From assembly GCF_006345805.1 (NCBI RefSeq), contig NC_043014.1, forward strand, positions 5,146,001-5,210,000: a stretch of DNA of 64,000 bases. The letters are read 5' to 3'. Made by a program: the position numbers and the translations under genes. The stretch is from Octopus sinensis (Eukaryota). Below, one piece after another: positions 27,533-41,625 of the stretch; the first letter of the stretch is position 1; every line of letters begins with the position of its first letter. Below the pieces are notes generated by a model. It had not been told where the DNA came from. It saw only the letters and a program-made list of their open reading frames with translations, and made no database searches.

Positions 27533-28780
27533 TATATGTATGTATGTAGGTATGCATGTATGCATGTATGTATGTATGAATGTATGCATGTATGCATGTA
27601 TGTGTGTATGTATGTATGTATGTATGTATGCATGTATGTATGAATGTATGTATGTATGTATGTATGTATGCATGTATGTATGTATGTATGTATGTAAGTA
27701 TGTATGTATGTATGCATGTATGTATGTATGTATGTATGTATGCATGCATGGATGCATGTATGTATGCATGCATGTATGTATGTATATATGTATGCATGCA
27801 TGAATGTATGCATATATGTATGTATGCATGTATGTATGTATGTATGTATGTATGTCAGGTCACTTTCGAGTGCTACTGGTAAACATGTAACCCAGTACAA
27901 CCTGTTGTCATTGTCGGGTCGTCGGCGACTAAACCGGCAACCCCACCAAGCTTGCTTGGTGAGGAGGGAGTTTATTAGACACCCTGCGGGATGAAAAACA
28001 AAACCCGTCAAAGAGCGGAGGAACTCTTGAGAGTCAACGGCCATCCAATATATGTCTTAAGACTGTATCATGCGCGGGGACATAGAAATAATCGGATTGA
28101 ATACCCGATCGCGCGGTTAAACCGTTGGGAGTGAAGGACTCCTAGACTTTGCTAGGGCATCCTTTTGGAGAAGTTAACTCAGGTAACTGGGATAACTCCG
28201 ATATAAAACCTGCGGCTCAGTGGTTACCGATGATGTTGACTTGTTCTTCTTTTCGGAATATGGCGGCTGTTGCTTAGTGACTGGGATTGACACAGTGCAC
28301 AGCCTTTTCTCACTACAAAAAAAAATCTTCATGCACAGGCATTGCAAGATAACAACATTGATTAAGCTTCGTGCAATGCCCATACTCGATAACGAGGGTG
28401 CAGCCACCAAGTATGTATGTATGTATGTATGGATGGATGGATGTAAGTATGTATGCATGTATGTATATATGTATGTATGTGTATATGTGTCTATCGATAT
28501 ATACATGCTTACATTCAAACATACATGCATGTATACATGTATACATATATACTTGTATGTATAAATATATGCATACATGTATGTATGTATGTATGTATGT
28601 ATGTATGTATGTATGTATGTGTGTGTATGTATGTATGTTTGTATGTATGTATGTGTGTATGTATGTGTGTATGTATGTATATATATGTGTGTGTATGTAA
28701 GTATATATTTATGTATGGGGGTATGTATGTATGTATATATGTATGTATGTATATATGTATGTATATATGTATGTATGGGT
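27470..28780. repeat. (TATG)n microsatellite tracts flanking a ~550-bp LINE-5'-UTR-like repeat (27856-28410)
   Basis: Tetranucleotide runs seen directly; identity of the central insert is tentative. Confidence 0.6.
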
Positions 28781-28947
28781 GGGTGGGAATTCGTAGCTTT
28801 TGATTTTGATATTCACATAAAACTTTTCTAATCCGATTAACGCTTGTTGTGAAGAATCCAATCCGAACAGCGGACTTCATTAGATTAAGTCTTGCGATTA
28901 CTGTGTGGGTTGAACGAAATACTTCCCACGCTGAATATTAAAACAGT

Positions 28948-29009
<62 letters not shown>

Positions 29010-29550
29010 ATGTGTGTGAGTGTATGTGTGCGTGTGGGAGTGTGTGTGCGTGTGTGTCAGTGTGTGTGTGTGTGTGCTAGTGTGTGTGCGTGTGTGTGTG
29101 TGTGCTAGTGTGTGTGCGTGTGTGTGTAAGAAATTGTATCTGTGTGTCTGTGTCAGTGTGTGTGTCTGTGTGTGTTGGTGTCTGTGGGTGTGTGTGTTGG
29201 TGTGTGTGTATGTCAGTGTGTGTGTGTGTATTAGTTTGTGTGCGTGTGTGTGTGTCTGTGTGTCAGTGTGTGTGTGTGTGTGTGTGTCTTTGTGTCTGTG
29301 TATTTGTTGGTTGAACGAAATACTTCCCACACTGAATATTAAAACAATTTCCCAAGAATAACAAATAAAATTAAATAACAACATTAGTAAATAAATATAT
29401 CATAATATATCCAGAAACAGGAATCATTTCACTTTACACGTGTCTCTCATTCATCAAAATATTTTGCTAATTATTGTGTGACAATATCAAACCATCTCTT
29501 TCCAATAATTAAACCTGTCAGACAAGTTCACACCCGCTTTTACAGTTCCA

Positions 29551-29650
29551 CCAATCGCATTGGTTCATAAATTTACGATAAGATCTTTGCCAGAGCTGGG
29601 TTGTTGTGCGCTCAATAAATACGTGGAATTCAGTTACAGGTCTTCAGCTT
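29551..29650 (+). promoter_or_regulatory. Putative core promoter of paralogue C
   Basis: Inverted CCAAT pair CCAATCGCATTGG (29551-29563), GATAAG, TATA-like ATAAATA (29615), Inr-like TCAGTT/TCAGCT; conserved upstream of D and E. Confidence 0.5.
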
Positions 29651-29719
29651 AAACCTCGCATCTCGATCTTTTGTTGAAGCCACACGAAGTATCACGTACG
29701 ACCGACAACTGTCACCAGA

Positions 29720-29863
29720 ATGGATTTCGCACAACTGTCCAGGAATATTTCGCAGCGTTATTCCATTTCTTCTCTCATAGCTTTTGGGGTTCTTCTCGTT
29801 CTGACGATCGTGATTCTTCATCAAGATTCAAGAATAGGAAAAATGGAAGAGAAATCGAAAACG
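29720..29863 (+). CDS. Paralogue C, exon 1: cytoplasmic stub plus signal anchor or TM segment (48 aa)
   Basis: MDFAQLSRNISQRYSISSLIAFGVLLVLTIVILHQDSRIGKMEEKSKT|gtaagt; near-identical at 45183 and 56486. Confidence 0.75.
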
Positions 29864-30710
29864 GTAAGTCATAGATTTTTTCTTAATATATGTATGTCTT
29901 TATGAATTTATATATGCATGTATGTATGTATGCATTTACGTATGTATGTATTAATATGTGGATGTATGTACGTACGGATGGATGGATGGATGTAAGGATG
30001 TATGCATGAATCACGTACATATGTTCCTATGAAGCACACACACACACATAAGATCACACACGTAATCACACACGAACACACAGGCGCACACACCTAAACA
30101 TACATATATATTCATATACGTATATTTGTATATATAATATACATAAATATGTATATATAAATATACATATATATGAATATATATAGTGCGTGAACATATA
30201 TAGATATATATATACAAACAAATATATGCGTGTGTGTATCTATCACTGTATCTCTCTGTCTATCTCTCTCTCTCTCTCTCTATTTATCTATATATATATA
30301 TGTATGTGTGTGTGTGTGTGTGTGCGTGTGTGTGTGTGTGTGTTTGTATATAAATATATTCTTTTACCCGTTTCAGTCATTTGACTGCGGCCATGCTAGA
30401 GCACTGCGTTTAGTAGGACAAATCGACTTCAAGAATTATTCTTTGTAAGCCTAGTGCTCATTCTATCGGTATTTCTAGCCGAACCACTATGTAACGGGGA
30501 CGTAAACACACCGACATCAGTTGAGAATCGATAGTGGTGCGACAATAACAGACACATACATAAAACATAGATACATACACACTATGTGTGCTATACACAC
30601 ACACACACACTTACATCTATATATATATATACATATCATATATACATACACACATATATAGTTATGTATGTATGTACATACATATCTATCTATCAATCTA
30701 TTTATCTACA

Positions 30711-30772
<62 letters not shown>

Positions 30773-30783
30773 CTATCAATCTA

Positions 30784-32276
30784 TTTGTCCCAGTTTTCAA
30801 AAAGGGAAACAAGTCCCTTGCAGTGAACTACCGTCCGATCTCACTCACCTCTCATATCATCAAGGTATTTGAGAGGGTGGTGAGATCTCGAATAACCCAA
30901 TTTCTGGAAAGCAACAGACGGCTGATCTCTAACCAACATGGGTTCCGTAATGGAAGGGACTGCCTAATGCAGCTCCTGCATCACTTTGATGACATTTTGA
31001 GAGCTTTGGGAGAGGGCATCAACACCGATGTCATCTACCTTGATTTCAGTAAGGCCTTCGACAGGGTCGATCACAAGATCCTATTGAAAAAACTATCCAA
31101 CATTGGTGTCTCTGGAAAGTTACTGAAATGGATCAAGTGTTTCCTGACAGACAGATCTCAACATGTTGTAGTTGAAGGGGTAAAATCAAGCCCAGCCAAA
31201 GTCAGTAGTGGCGTTCCGCAAGGCACTGTGCTGGGCCCACTTCTTTTCATCATTTACATTAATGACATTAATGACATCATCAAGCACAGCAACATAAAAA
31301 TCTTTGCAGATGATTCCAAGCTACAGAAGGTCATAAATGAGGCGAGTGACCGGATATGCCTTCAGTCAGATCTACTGGCTGTTATCCAATGGGCAGAAAA
31401 AAACAATATGCTGCTGAACGAGGATAAATTTGAATTAATCCACTTTGGAAATGAGGATGCCCTGAAACTCCCATACTCCCTTCCTTCAGGTGAAACTCTC
31501 GCGGCGTCCAACAACATCAAAGCCTTGGGAGTAATTGTGGACAACAACATAAGCTGGGCCACTCATATAAACACCAAAGTTGACATGGCCCACAGAATGT
31601 GTTCCTGGATTCTCAGAACTTTCCAGTCGAGAGATATCCACACCATTATCCTTCTCTTCTCCACTTTTGCCCGACCCCACCTTGAATACTGTTGTCCACT
31701 GTGGTCCCCCCACACAATACAAGGTATCATAAACGTTGAAGCACCTCAAAGGGCAATCACAAAAAAGATAGATGGCATGACAGGCCTCGACTATTGGGGT
31801 CGACTAGAAAAGCTAAAACTCTATTCTCTCCAACGTCGTCGTGAGCGCTACATCATCTGCATGATGTGGAAAATATTCCATCAGCATTGCCCAAATGATG
31901 TTGGCATCACCTTTAAGGTACATCCAAGGCTTGGGCCCCGTGCCATCCGCCCAAAACAAAAATCGCACTCTCATCGCATAACAACAATACGGCACAATTA
32001 TTTCACCTCAATTGGCCCCGCTCTCTTTAACATTACACCAAAACACATTAAAAAAGAAACTGACCCTATAGGGTTCAAGAAGTCTTTGGACAGATTCCTT
32101 CAAGAAATCCCGGATAAACCCCCTACACCCGGATATGTCTCTGTAAACAATAACTCTCTACTTGAGTGGGCCATAGTGCCCAAATTCTGACTTGAAAGAC
32201 TTCACCAGGTGGTGCTATTAAGTTAGACATGGCCTGGGCCAATAATGGCCGAAACCTATCAAAGTAAAGTATCAAA

Positions 32277-32278
<2 letters not shown>
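30784..32278 (+). mobile_element. 5'-truncated CR1/L2-group LINE with uninterrupted RT
   Basis: NYRPISLTS, YLDFSKAFDRV, GVPQGTVLGPLLF, FADD, RPHLEY; stop at 32190; short AAAGT-repeat tail. Confidence 0.9.
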
Positions 32279-32340
<62 letters not shown>

Positions 32341-33033
32341 GGATACATATATATATATATAACTGTATCCATATATACATACATATACACACATCCCAAT
32401 TAAACACAAAGAGGGTGGAATTGTACTCCTGTCCGATCGCTCTTCCACCAGACATAATGTAATGGTGGGGTTCTAGCATGGCCACGCCCTGTCGCTGCAA
32501 CGTTTAGCCCTATTAATATTAGTGTTAAGTATTATATCTAGACGTACACTTACACACACGCACAGAAACAGACACATGCAAACATACACACACACACACA
32601 CATAGGAATACGTACATATTTACACACATTTATCTATTTCTCTCCATCGGGAACGGAAGTGAGGCGAGTTTTTTTGAATCTTTTCTTTCCAACTGAAAAT
32701 AAAACGTGCGAGTGCCAATGTAGATCGGTGAATTTCGTAATGTTTGACTGTAATTCACGTTGGTTTTTATATATGACAATATGTAAGAACGAATGTAAAT
32801 ACATACACACAGACACACGGACAAACACACGCTCAAATAAACACAAACACACACACATACGCACGCACATAGACACACGTGCTCAATTGTACACGAAGAA
32901 CCACACTATACAGTGTATGTCCACTCACATATATGTGTGCGTTGGTGTGTGTATGCGTATAAGTAGATACGTATATTTGTGATATTTATGGCGTGTATGC
33001 TTGAGTATACGTGCATACCTATACATTGATATG

Positions 33034-33080
<47 letters not shown>

Positions 33081-33083
33081 GTA

Positions 33084-33372
33084 TGGAGGCGTAGTGGCCC
33101 AGTGTTTAGGGCAGCGGACTCACGGTTGTAGGATCTCGGTTTCGATTCCCAGATTGGGCGTTGTGTGTGTTTAAAGCTCCACGTGTCTCAGGAAGTGGGT
33201 TGTTGTGATCTCTGCTGTACTCTTTCGCTACAACTTTCTCCCTTTCTTCTGTTGGCCTGCTCGCTTAACCAGCGGGGTGGCGTCATTTGAAGGTTGAAAC
33301 AACGCGAAGCGCATTGTGACTGGCGATATGTAGCAACAACTGATAGCCTGGTCTGTGACGGTCATCACAGAG
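33084..33372 (+). mobile_element. tRNA-derived SINE (family 2)
   Basis: Homologous to 17485-17745. Confidence 0.75.
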
Positions 33373-34458
33373 ATATGATTTTGATTTTTGATTTGATTTT
33401 TCCAGTTTCAGCTAATGAGCTGTGGCCATGCTGGGGCACCGCCATATCATACGCACACAATACACGCACACACAAACGCATCCACACGTACATACACACA
33501 TACCAGCACAGATGTCCACGTATACCTTTAACGAACAATACTCATACAGATACGCACACACTTATACACACATGGGCACAGACACACACGCACATACACG
33601 TGCTTAAGCGTACACACGCACGCACATTACACCCACACAACTCCATAAAAACCCACATACACACGCATGCACAAATTCACATACAACCGATACATATACA
33701 TACACACAATAAATGCCTACACGCGCACACGCACATACACATACGTATACACATATAGACACAGACACACACACACACGCAAAAACATGCGCACACATAC
33801 GCACGCACACAAGCACACGAATGCACACACCCAAACTCGACGCATACACACACAAACACACATACATACACAGAAACACTACAAAACACACACACACACG
33901 ATACATATACATACACGCACACACACACACATACTTCAAACTAGCAGTACCTACTACTTGACCTGTGGTAGAGACAAAAGGAGCCACGCCCAATTCCTTC
34001 GTTGACCTTATCACTACTAGCCCTACAACACGCAAAGAATAACAGCCACAACCACACACACATACACACACACACACGTGTCATCATTGCACTCATACAC
34101 ACATACACACACACGCACACGCAGACCTCCGCAAACGCACATATCCACACTTACACACACATTCCTCTTCCTCTACCACTCTCCTGTCTTTGAAAGAACT
34201 TTTCTTCACCCATTTCCTTCCGGTCATTCAAAATGTGACCGCGTGTGGACCGTTGGCGATTTTTTTCCTCTGTTTTCCCTCCTCTGGATCTTTCCTCGTC
34301 GTATGTTTCCGACGAAGAGCTCCGCTCGTAACGTTGATCGCTCCTTCTTTCCTTCTTTCCTGAGCGTCCGATGATACTATATTTGTTCCACGTCCTCACG
34401 TGGCTGTGTTCTTTGTGCTTTCTTGTTTGGATTAAATTTAAGTATATATATACATGTA

Positions 34459-34553
<95 letters not shown>

Positions 34554-34612
34554 ATATATATGTGTAGAAAATTGTGTGTGTATATGTGTATGTGTGTGTG
34601 TGTGTGTGTTTA

Positions 34613-35560
34613 CTAGCAGAAATACCCGGCATTGCTGGGGACTACAATGGCAAAGCTGGTATATAATATATTCCACTCATTTTGAAACAGGTGATATGGG
34701 AATGTGGAACATTGACAACAAAACATTTGTAGAGTAAATGCTGGGCTAATTCGACTAAGCAACATGCTCTGCGTCCGTTTGGAGTGTTTCAGGCCCTAAC
34801 ATGTCATGCAAAATTGGAGGTGGGGTTTCTGTGATTGTTGAACGCACCGAAAAGCTGTCAGTGGATATACTCTCCTTTGCAGCAGTGTGCGCTGTGTCTA
34901 GCACGACCCATCATCGGAAATTTTGACACCTCACGTCGGGTTTGATGTCATACATCTCTCATAGAGTAAATTTGGAGGAAATTTGGTTGTTCATTCGCGG
35001 GTACCAGAGAACCAATGAGGGGATAGACTTGCCCTTGAACTTTGACGTCGGCGTAAATTCATGTTTATCTATCTTCTTAGAGTCACCAAAGGATGTCATT
35101 TGAAATTCAGATTTTTATTGTCTGATATTGTTCAGAAAATCCTTTGACTGGATTGAAGCGCCTTCTAGAAGATTACTAAGGGGTTGAGATGGTAGTGTTG
35201 GCAATGATACCTGTCCAAATATGTTGCATTGTTTTAAGTTCTAAACGATACTAAATACCCTGAAGTTCTATTTATATGATGCTATTTCTATTTTTTCACA
35301 GAAACGATTCATCTCCAAGAAATCTCTCGACGATAAACCTGATGACACACCAAGTAAGAAGTGATTTTATGGCTAAAGTCTTTTACCCGTGACTCATTAA
35401 CTAATGGTTTATAATTTCACCAACTTTGAATTAGTTCCACGTTACTATCCTTATGTCCACAATAATATATACTAAGACACTTGCCTGAATTTATTTCAAA
35501 CTATATTGTACTTTACAATAATTTCCTGAATAAAATGCTTTTATATACTATGCCATTTAT
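34613..35560 (-). mobile_element. Non-autonomous Helitron with intact 3' end
   Basis: Minus strand ends in hairpin CCCAGCAATGCCGGG-TATTTCTG-CTAG followed by T; internal RepHel remnant; 5' boundary approximate. Confidence 0.8.
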
Positions 35561-35579
35561 TGTGTGTTTATGAGTATAC

Positions 35580-37670
35580 ATGCAGTGCTACGTCGATAAT
35601 TGTACCAAGCCCTCTTCATCTGAGAATCAAATGCCCGAGCTGGCGCTTCACTGCGTTTATATCTACAATTCAGCAGTCTGTCCACTCTTGTGATTCCAAT
35701 CGTTCGTGAATAGAGACCCGAAATAATGATGTTCCACTTTCCGACACAGTGCGTATTTGTCAATCCTTCCTTGGGGTACTCGGCAGCCAACCAATTCAGT
35801 GCACGTTGTTGGTGACCATCAGACGAATCAGGTAGCAGCATGTCGTCTGCAAATAACAGTCGACCGATCACGTAGAGATGGATTGGGATACCTCTACCAC
35901 AATGGCTGCGCATATTCAACCAGATCACAAAAAGAATGTGAGAAGGTGCACTAACAATGCACACTTCAACAAAGTGAAACCTTCTCGTTGAAAAATTTCG
36001 ACTTTTACATAAATACAATCATTTGAACATCCATATAAGTACTTTATGGCAACCATTAAAATCACCTTCCTGGTAAACCATCCGTAACATGCCCCAGGGC
36101 ACGTGATCGTGTGCATTTTCGTGGTTTACAGCGAATAAATCTTGGAAATGCTTCAACGATTTCTTGAAGATCTGTCTTTGAACGACTATGTGGTCGGGTG
36201 TAGTGCGTCCTGGACAGTAATCTTGGGCGCGACAATTTCCCTAAATATCTTTTACTGTCATTTAGTGTAGGCTTTTCTATAATTAGAACACGCTACTTGG
36301 TCTCTGTTTGAAAAATTGTGATTATCACACCATATTACCATTGCCTTGGTGTTTTTTGAAGAGGTCCCATCAACCTAGCGTACATGTGTCACTCAGAGAA
36401 TACCATCTGTATTCAAGGTTTCTAAAATATCAAGCCGAACGTGCTTTTCACCAGCAGCTTTATCACTTTTAAGTGAGTTTTGCTCAAATAAGCGTTCGAC
36501 CGAAGAAGAACCTGCCGAAAATAATAATACAACCACGAATCCATTTCGATGTCCAACTTCATTCAGGCGGGTCACTCTCAATTTGGATGCAAAAGTCTCC
36601 ACATTTTCGTTTCTGATCCAGCATCCACTGCGGCTTCCAACTGTATTCTGTAGGTCGCACTGGACTTACCAATTTCCAGTGTTCGGCAGACCGTAGAAAT
36701 TTTCAGGTTTTCAGATATGTAGGTAGTGCGAGTTGACAATTCCACCCCTCCTTTTACCCGAACGTTCAGCAAAGAGTGAAAGATGACCGAACACTATCAG
36801 AAACCTCTGTCTCCAAGTATTTCTATACCAGGCACCCTTATAAATATCCCTGTCTTCAAATAATATCTATACCATAGAGAGGAGAGTGTGTATCCTGCAC
36901 AGAAGCCTGCTAAGACCTCTCCATTAAGTTCACTGACGACGTTCTTTCCAATCAATCCTTCTCACGGTTATCAGTGCCAAGGTGTGCACTGAAGTCTCCT
37001 TGCAGGACAAATGACTTTACCCCAAATATATCTAAAGCTGAGATGAATTTGCTTAGGAAGGATTTGTATTTGACCTAGCTGTTTGCTGCATATACTTTCA
37101 ACAGCCACAGTGGTCTTTCATATTCAGCCTTAGTTTCAAGAGGTGAACCCTCACACCTAGTAGGTTTCACTCCATTATACAATCCGAAAGCTGGGGATTG
37201 AGAGTATCCTAATCCCACCTGTGCAGACATTGTTGGCACCACAGTTGCGTAGTGGAGTTTCAAGCCTATATCCAGGTGTACGCTATCGGAGAAACGAAAT
37301 TTTGTAGAGGAGACACCGATTATATCTTACAGGCAGATTATATCTAACAATTTTGACGTTTTAATTCTCAATTATTAAAGGTTGTTCCCTTCTTGATCTG
37401 CTTTCGTGTCCTGAGACCGTCAATTTTTAGCTCCCACCCCACGCACGCCAGATTAATTTGCAGGCTTCTTGCTGGTTGCACCGGTATTGGGTGGGTTGTG
37501 CTATACATTTATCGATCGGACTCCTCTACTCGAGATACGGATGCGATGTCTTTTAACTAAATCGACAAATGATGCGGTATGGTTGTTATTTTCATATTGT
37601 AGTTATGATGGCCTTATTTGCGCCGAGTTCCAAACTGATATTTGTAATTGACCGATGAATATTCGCACCT
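35580..37670 (-). mobile_element. Degenerate RTE-clade LINE
   Basis: GRLLFADDMLL and KLHYATVVPTMSAQVG remnants. Confidence 0.75.
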
Positions 37671-38050
37671 GGCGAATATTTTATCATTATTCTATTGAGT
37701 TTTATCATTATTCTATTGAGAATTATATATACTCATACCCAAGTTTACGTATCATACATACATCCGTTCATAGCGGAGACCGATACACATTCTGATATTC
37801 TGAGATTAATCTCTCAAATCTTTGACATCAACGTCAACAACAGGCTCAACAGACAAATGTCTTTTTTCTTTCTTTACAATTTATTCTTATTATTTACATC
37901 TTTCGTTCTGACTTTCATTCATTCACTCGTTCTTTCTTAAATTCTATAATTTTCTCTTCTCCATCAATTCCTTCTCATCCAACAATCTACTTTGTAAATG
38001 ATTCCCCAATTCTTTCTTTTAAACTACATTATTCCATTTTAATTTCACAG

Positions 38051-38125
38051 AACCCGGTCTCGGATCATTGTATACCCGGTGGGGCAGAACAACTTGTCCT
38101 CCTTATTCAAAACTTGTATATGAAG
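38051..38125 (+). CDS. Paralogue C, 75-bp internal exon (xPGLGSLYTRWGRTTCPPYSKLVYEG)
   Basis: tttcacag/gttagt; YTRWGRTTCP is the typical start of the short-chain collagen C4-like domain; splices in frame to 42351. Confidence 0.9.
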
Positions 38126-39179
38126 GTTAGTATAATTTATATTTCTGATCTCTCATTCTCTTTTTGTCTTTCTCTTGTTCTCTTTTTATACCTCTCATTC
38201 TCTCTTTTTGTTGCCTCTCTTTCTCTCTAACCCTCTCTCTCACGCACACGCACACACAGTCAACCTTTGTCGGGTTGTCTAACATAAACATTCTCAAATC
38301 CTCTTATGGTATGTCACGTTTCAAACGTCTATACCTGTAGACTATACAGACACTACACAAGACTGCTTACTCCTTTGTAGGTATTTGGTCATATCAGAAT
38401 ATTATAAGTTGTCTACTACGGACCAAGTGAAAATGATGCTAACTGGTGATTAATTGTACAGGCTACGGATGGTGGTATTGTACGTGAGTGACTAGAGCTG
38501 AATAGTGGCCACTTGACTATTTTTAACTAGAATGCGCAATGATCGTAGGTGTGGGCTAAATTGAATAGAGTCTATTAGAATTGATGGCAGTGACTGTAAA
38601 TGGTGAAAGGAATAAACACACAATGTAGAATGATGACTGGACAAGCCAATGCTTTAAGTGATGGAAAAAGCTAAGGACTGTATTCATTAAGTAAAATAGA
38701 GAGACTAAATATTAGTGAGAGAACACAACAGAGTACAGAATGCACTTCTATTCTTCTCCGCCTCACCGAAATCGTCCTATCGCTAAAACCTTGCTCTTTT
38801 CATGCACCACATCACCTCATTAATTATCCAGTATATCTTTGTAAGGTAATTCCGAAACTTCCAATTCAAAACTGCTGCTACAAACTGCGTCCCCAATCAA
38901 CCTCACATTCCTTAGAAATGCTCTGAATCTGCTCTTTATAAACCCTATACGTATGTTTTTTCGGTCGCCGCTTCCATCACCAAAAATATCCCCGTTCACT
39001 CGTGAAAACCTTTTCCATTTCGGGTAAACACGAGTACATGCGTTACAGAATTCCTTTCTTTTTCTCCTTCTATTAACATCCACGCAAAAACACTTCCCCA
39101 TGGTAACATACATAATAATCCACGTCATCACCTCAAATACTTACCCGTATAAACACAACATATATATACAAATAACTAC

Positions 39180-39246
<67 letters not shown>

Positions 39247-39272
39247 AAATAAAAACAAGATGCAAGGATTCA

Positions 39273-39350
39273 GCGGTACATATGTTTCGGGCCTTTATTA
39301 GACAGATTTATAACAATGCATAATGTATGTCTGTGGCCTTCTTCAGCCGC
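39273..39350 (-). ncRNA. Type I hammerhead ribozyme
   Basis: GCGG-CTGAAGA-AGGCC...GGCCC-GAAA-CATATG-TA-CCGC. Confidence 0.75.
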
Positions 39351-41232
39351 GCACAACAACTTCCACAAGGGCATGTGTTACATCAAAAGTTCTTGGTTGG
39401 GGATGCAAATCCTCCCATTCGCGTACGACATAATGCGGCAGCAGCATAGAATTGAAGCGTCCATCTCTTTCTTCTCTCAATGTAGGATGAGGAAAAATGG
39501 ATGTTGAAGTAATGTAAATAAATAAATACATGTATATACGTGAAGATGGAGGGGCGAGAATTCAGGACGTGGGATAAAAAATGTATAAAAAGTGTAAGTA
39601 TAGAAAACTATAAAAATGTAGAGCATAAAGATATAAAGAGATATAAGGAGATGTAAAGGGGGTATAAAGAATATAAAGAAATATAACGAAATATAAAGAA
39701 ATATAAAGAAATATAAAGAAATGTAAAGGCATAAGGTTATAAAGTAAAAATAGAAATAGAAATAAAAATAAAAGTAAAAAAACATGATAAAAATGTAACA
39801 AAATATAAAAAAAATATAAAGATAAGGGATGTATAGAGGTTAAGGACCAAGCATGGTGGTCAGGAGATTGATAAAGTTTAGTTGTAGAATTGTCAGTAAA
39901 TCAACAGTTTCGTCTGGGGACCTAATGCGTTGTAAATCAGAGCTGTTGAGCGTTTAATCTGGTTCCTTGAATTATTTGGACTTCTAGTACATACATACCA
40001 ACATGGATACACACACCCATATACACGCGTACATATACGCCTCCAAGCCTATAAGCATACACACGCACTCGCGTGTAAACATGCATATAAACACACACAC
40101 ACCCACACGTACGTGCGTACACATACATACATACAACAGAATATCCGCATATATACACGGACAATCTACGTGTACACACTCACATGTACATACGCGCGCC
40201 CATCCCCACATACACACACGCATATGCCCACGCTTCCAGGTCTAGATATAAGATATTAAAGGATGTATATAAGAGCGTATGTAAGGAATCACGTCTATGC
40301 GTGCACACACACACGGCTGTGTGTACGTATGTGCGTGCACACATACACCTACACACACACACAGAGACATAGGGGTATAGCTATAAGATATCAAAATATG
40401 CATGTACATATATGCGCGCGTTTATGTATGTATGCGTATACATACGTACACGGACGCTCGCATAGTCAAAAGTGGATCTATAGGTAAGTAAATAAACATA
40501 TATAGAGATGTAAAGCGATAAGTTAGGGGTAAGAATGAGGGTAAGGGTAAAAATTAGAAATAAAAGTAAGAAATACAGTATAAAATAAGAAATACAATGT
40601 AATAGTTAGAAATGAAATATAAAAATTATAAAAATTATAAGAGTTAAGGTAGGGATGAAAATGAAAATGAGAATAAATGGAAGTAGAATAAGAGTAAAAA
40701 TAAAATAAAATAAAATAAGATAAAAATATAATTTAACATGAGATGAAGGTGGTTGAAAGTTAGAGGTGTGTGTTAAAAGTGTCCACGTAGGGGCGGGCGG
40801 GGGGAACTGAAAATTGGAAGGGTGGGAAGTGGAGTTTGGCGGTGTGCGTTCAACATCCGAGTTAGAAATGTGAAAGGGTATAGATATAGGGAAGTAAAGA
40901 GACTATATAGGAAGGATATGGGTGTAGGAGAAGAAATATTTAGGGAAAAGAAGTCATGTATGGGAGACAAAATTTGTATATATAGGAGGAAAATGCAGGG
41001 AAACATATATGCACATACACACACCCACACACACACACACACACGCACATATATATATATATATATATGTACATATACGTACACATATGTGCACATACAT
41101 ATACATACACACACACATACGCATATACATATTCTATGCTGCTGCCGCATTATGTCGTACGCGAATGGGAGGATTTGCATCCCCAACCAAGAATTTTTGA
41201 TGTAACAAATGCCCTTGTGGAAGTTGTTGTGC

Positions 41233-41310
41233 GCGGCTGAAGAAGGCCACAGACATACATTATGCATTGTTATAAATCTGTCTAATGAAGACCCGAAACA
41301 TATGTACCGC
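41233..41310 (+). ncRNA. Type I hammerhead ribozyme (sense strand of the last intron of paralogue C)
   Basis: GCGG-CTGAAGA-AGGCC...GACCC-GAAA-CATATG-TA^CCGC; predicted cut after 41306. Confidence 0.7.
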
Positions 41311-41421
41311 TGAATCCTTCGCATCTTGTTTTTATTTTGATCAATTTACTCCACCACCTACACCATCAAACGGTATACACAGGTGCTTATAATTATCAAG
41401 TACTCACCCCGAATTTCTATA

Positions 41422-41513
<92 letters not shown>

Positions 41514-41514
41514 G

Positions 41515-41625
<111 letters not shown>

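Larger units (their letters stand above)
39244..41340. mobile_element. Non-autonomous Penelope-like element bounded by ~205-bp inverted repeats
   Basis: 39244-39451 is the reverse complement of 41131-41340; each arm contains a hammerhead; set in (TA)n. Confidence 0.75.

Noticed and set aside
27880-27975. Possible HDV-like ribozyme in the LINE-like 5' region
   Set aside because: Only a hairpin is evident, and the nested double pseudoknot could not be assembled by eye
29630-29824. Antisense 64-aa ORF repeated three times
   Set aside because: It is the shadow of exon 1, conserved because of recent duplication
37695-37940. Conserved ORF AETDTHSDILRLISQIFDINVNNRLNRQ as the missing exon
   Set aside because: The acceptor AG is not conserved in D (attgcgg) and there is no shared GT donor across copies
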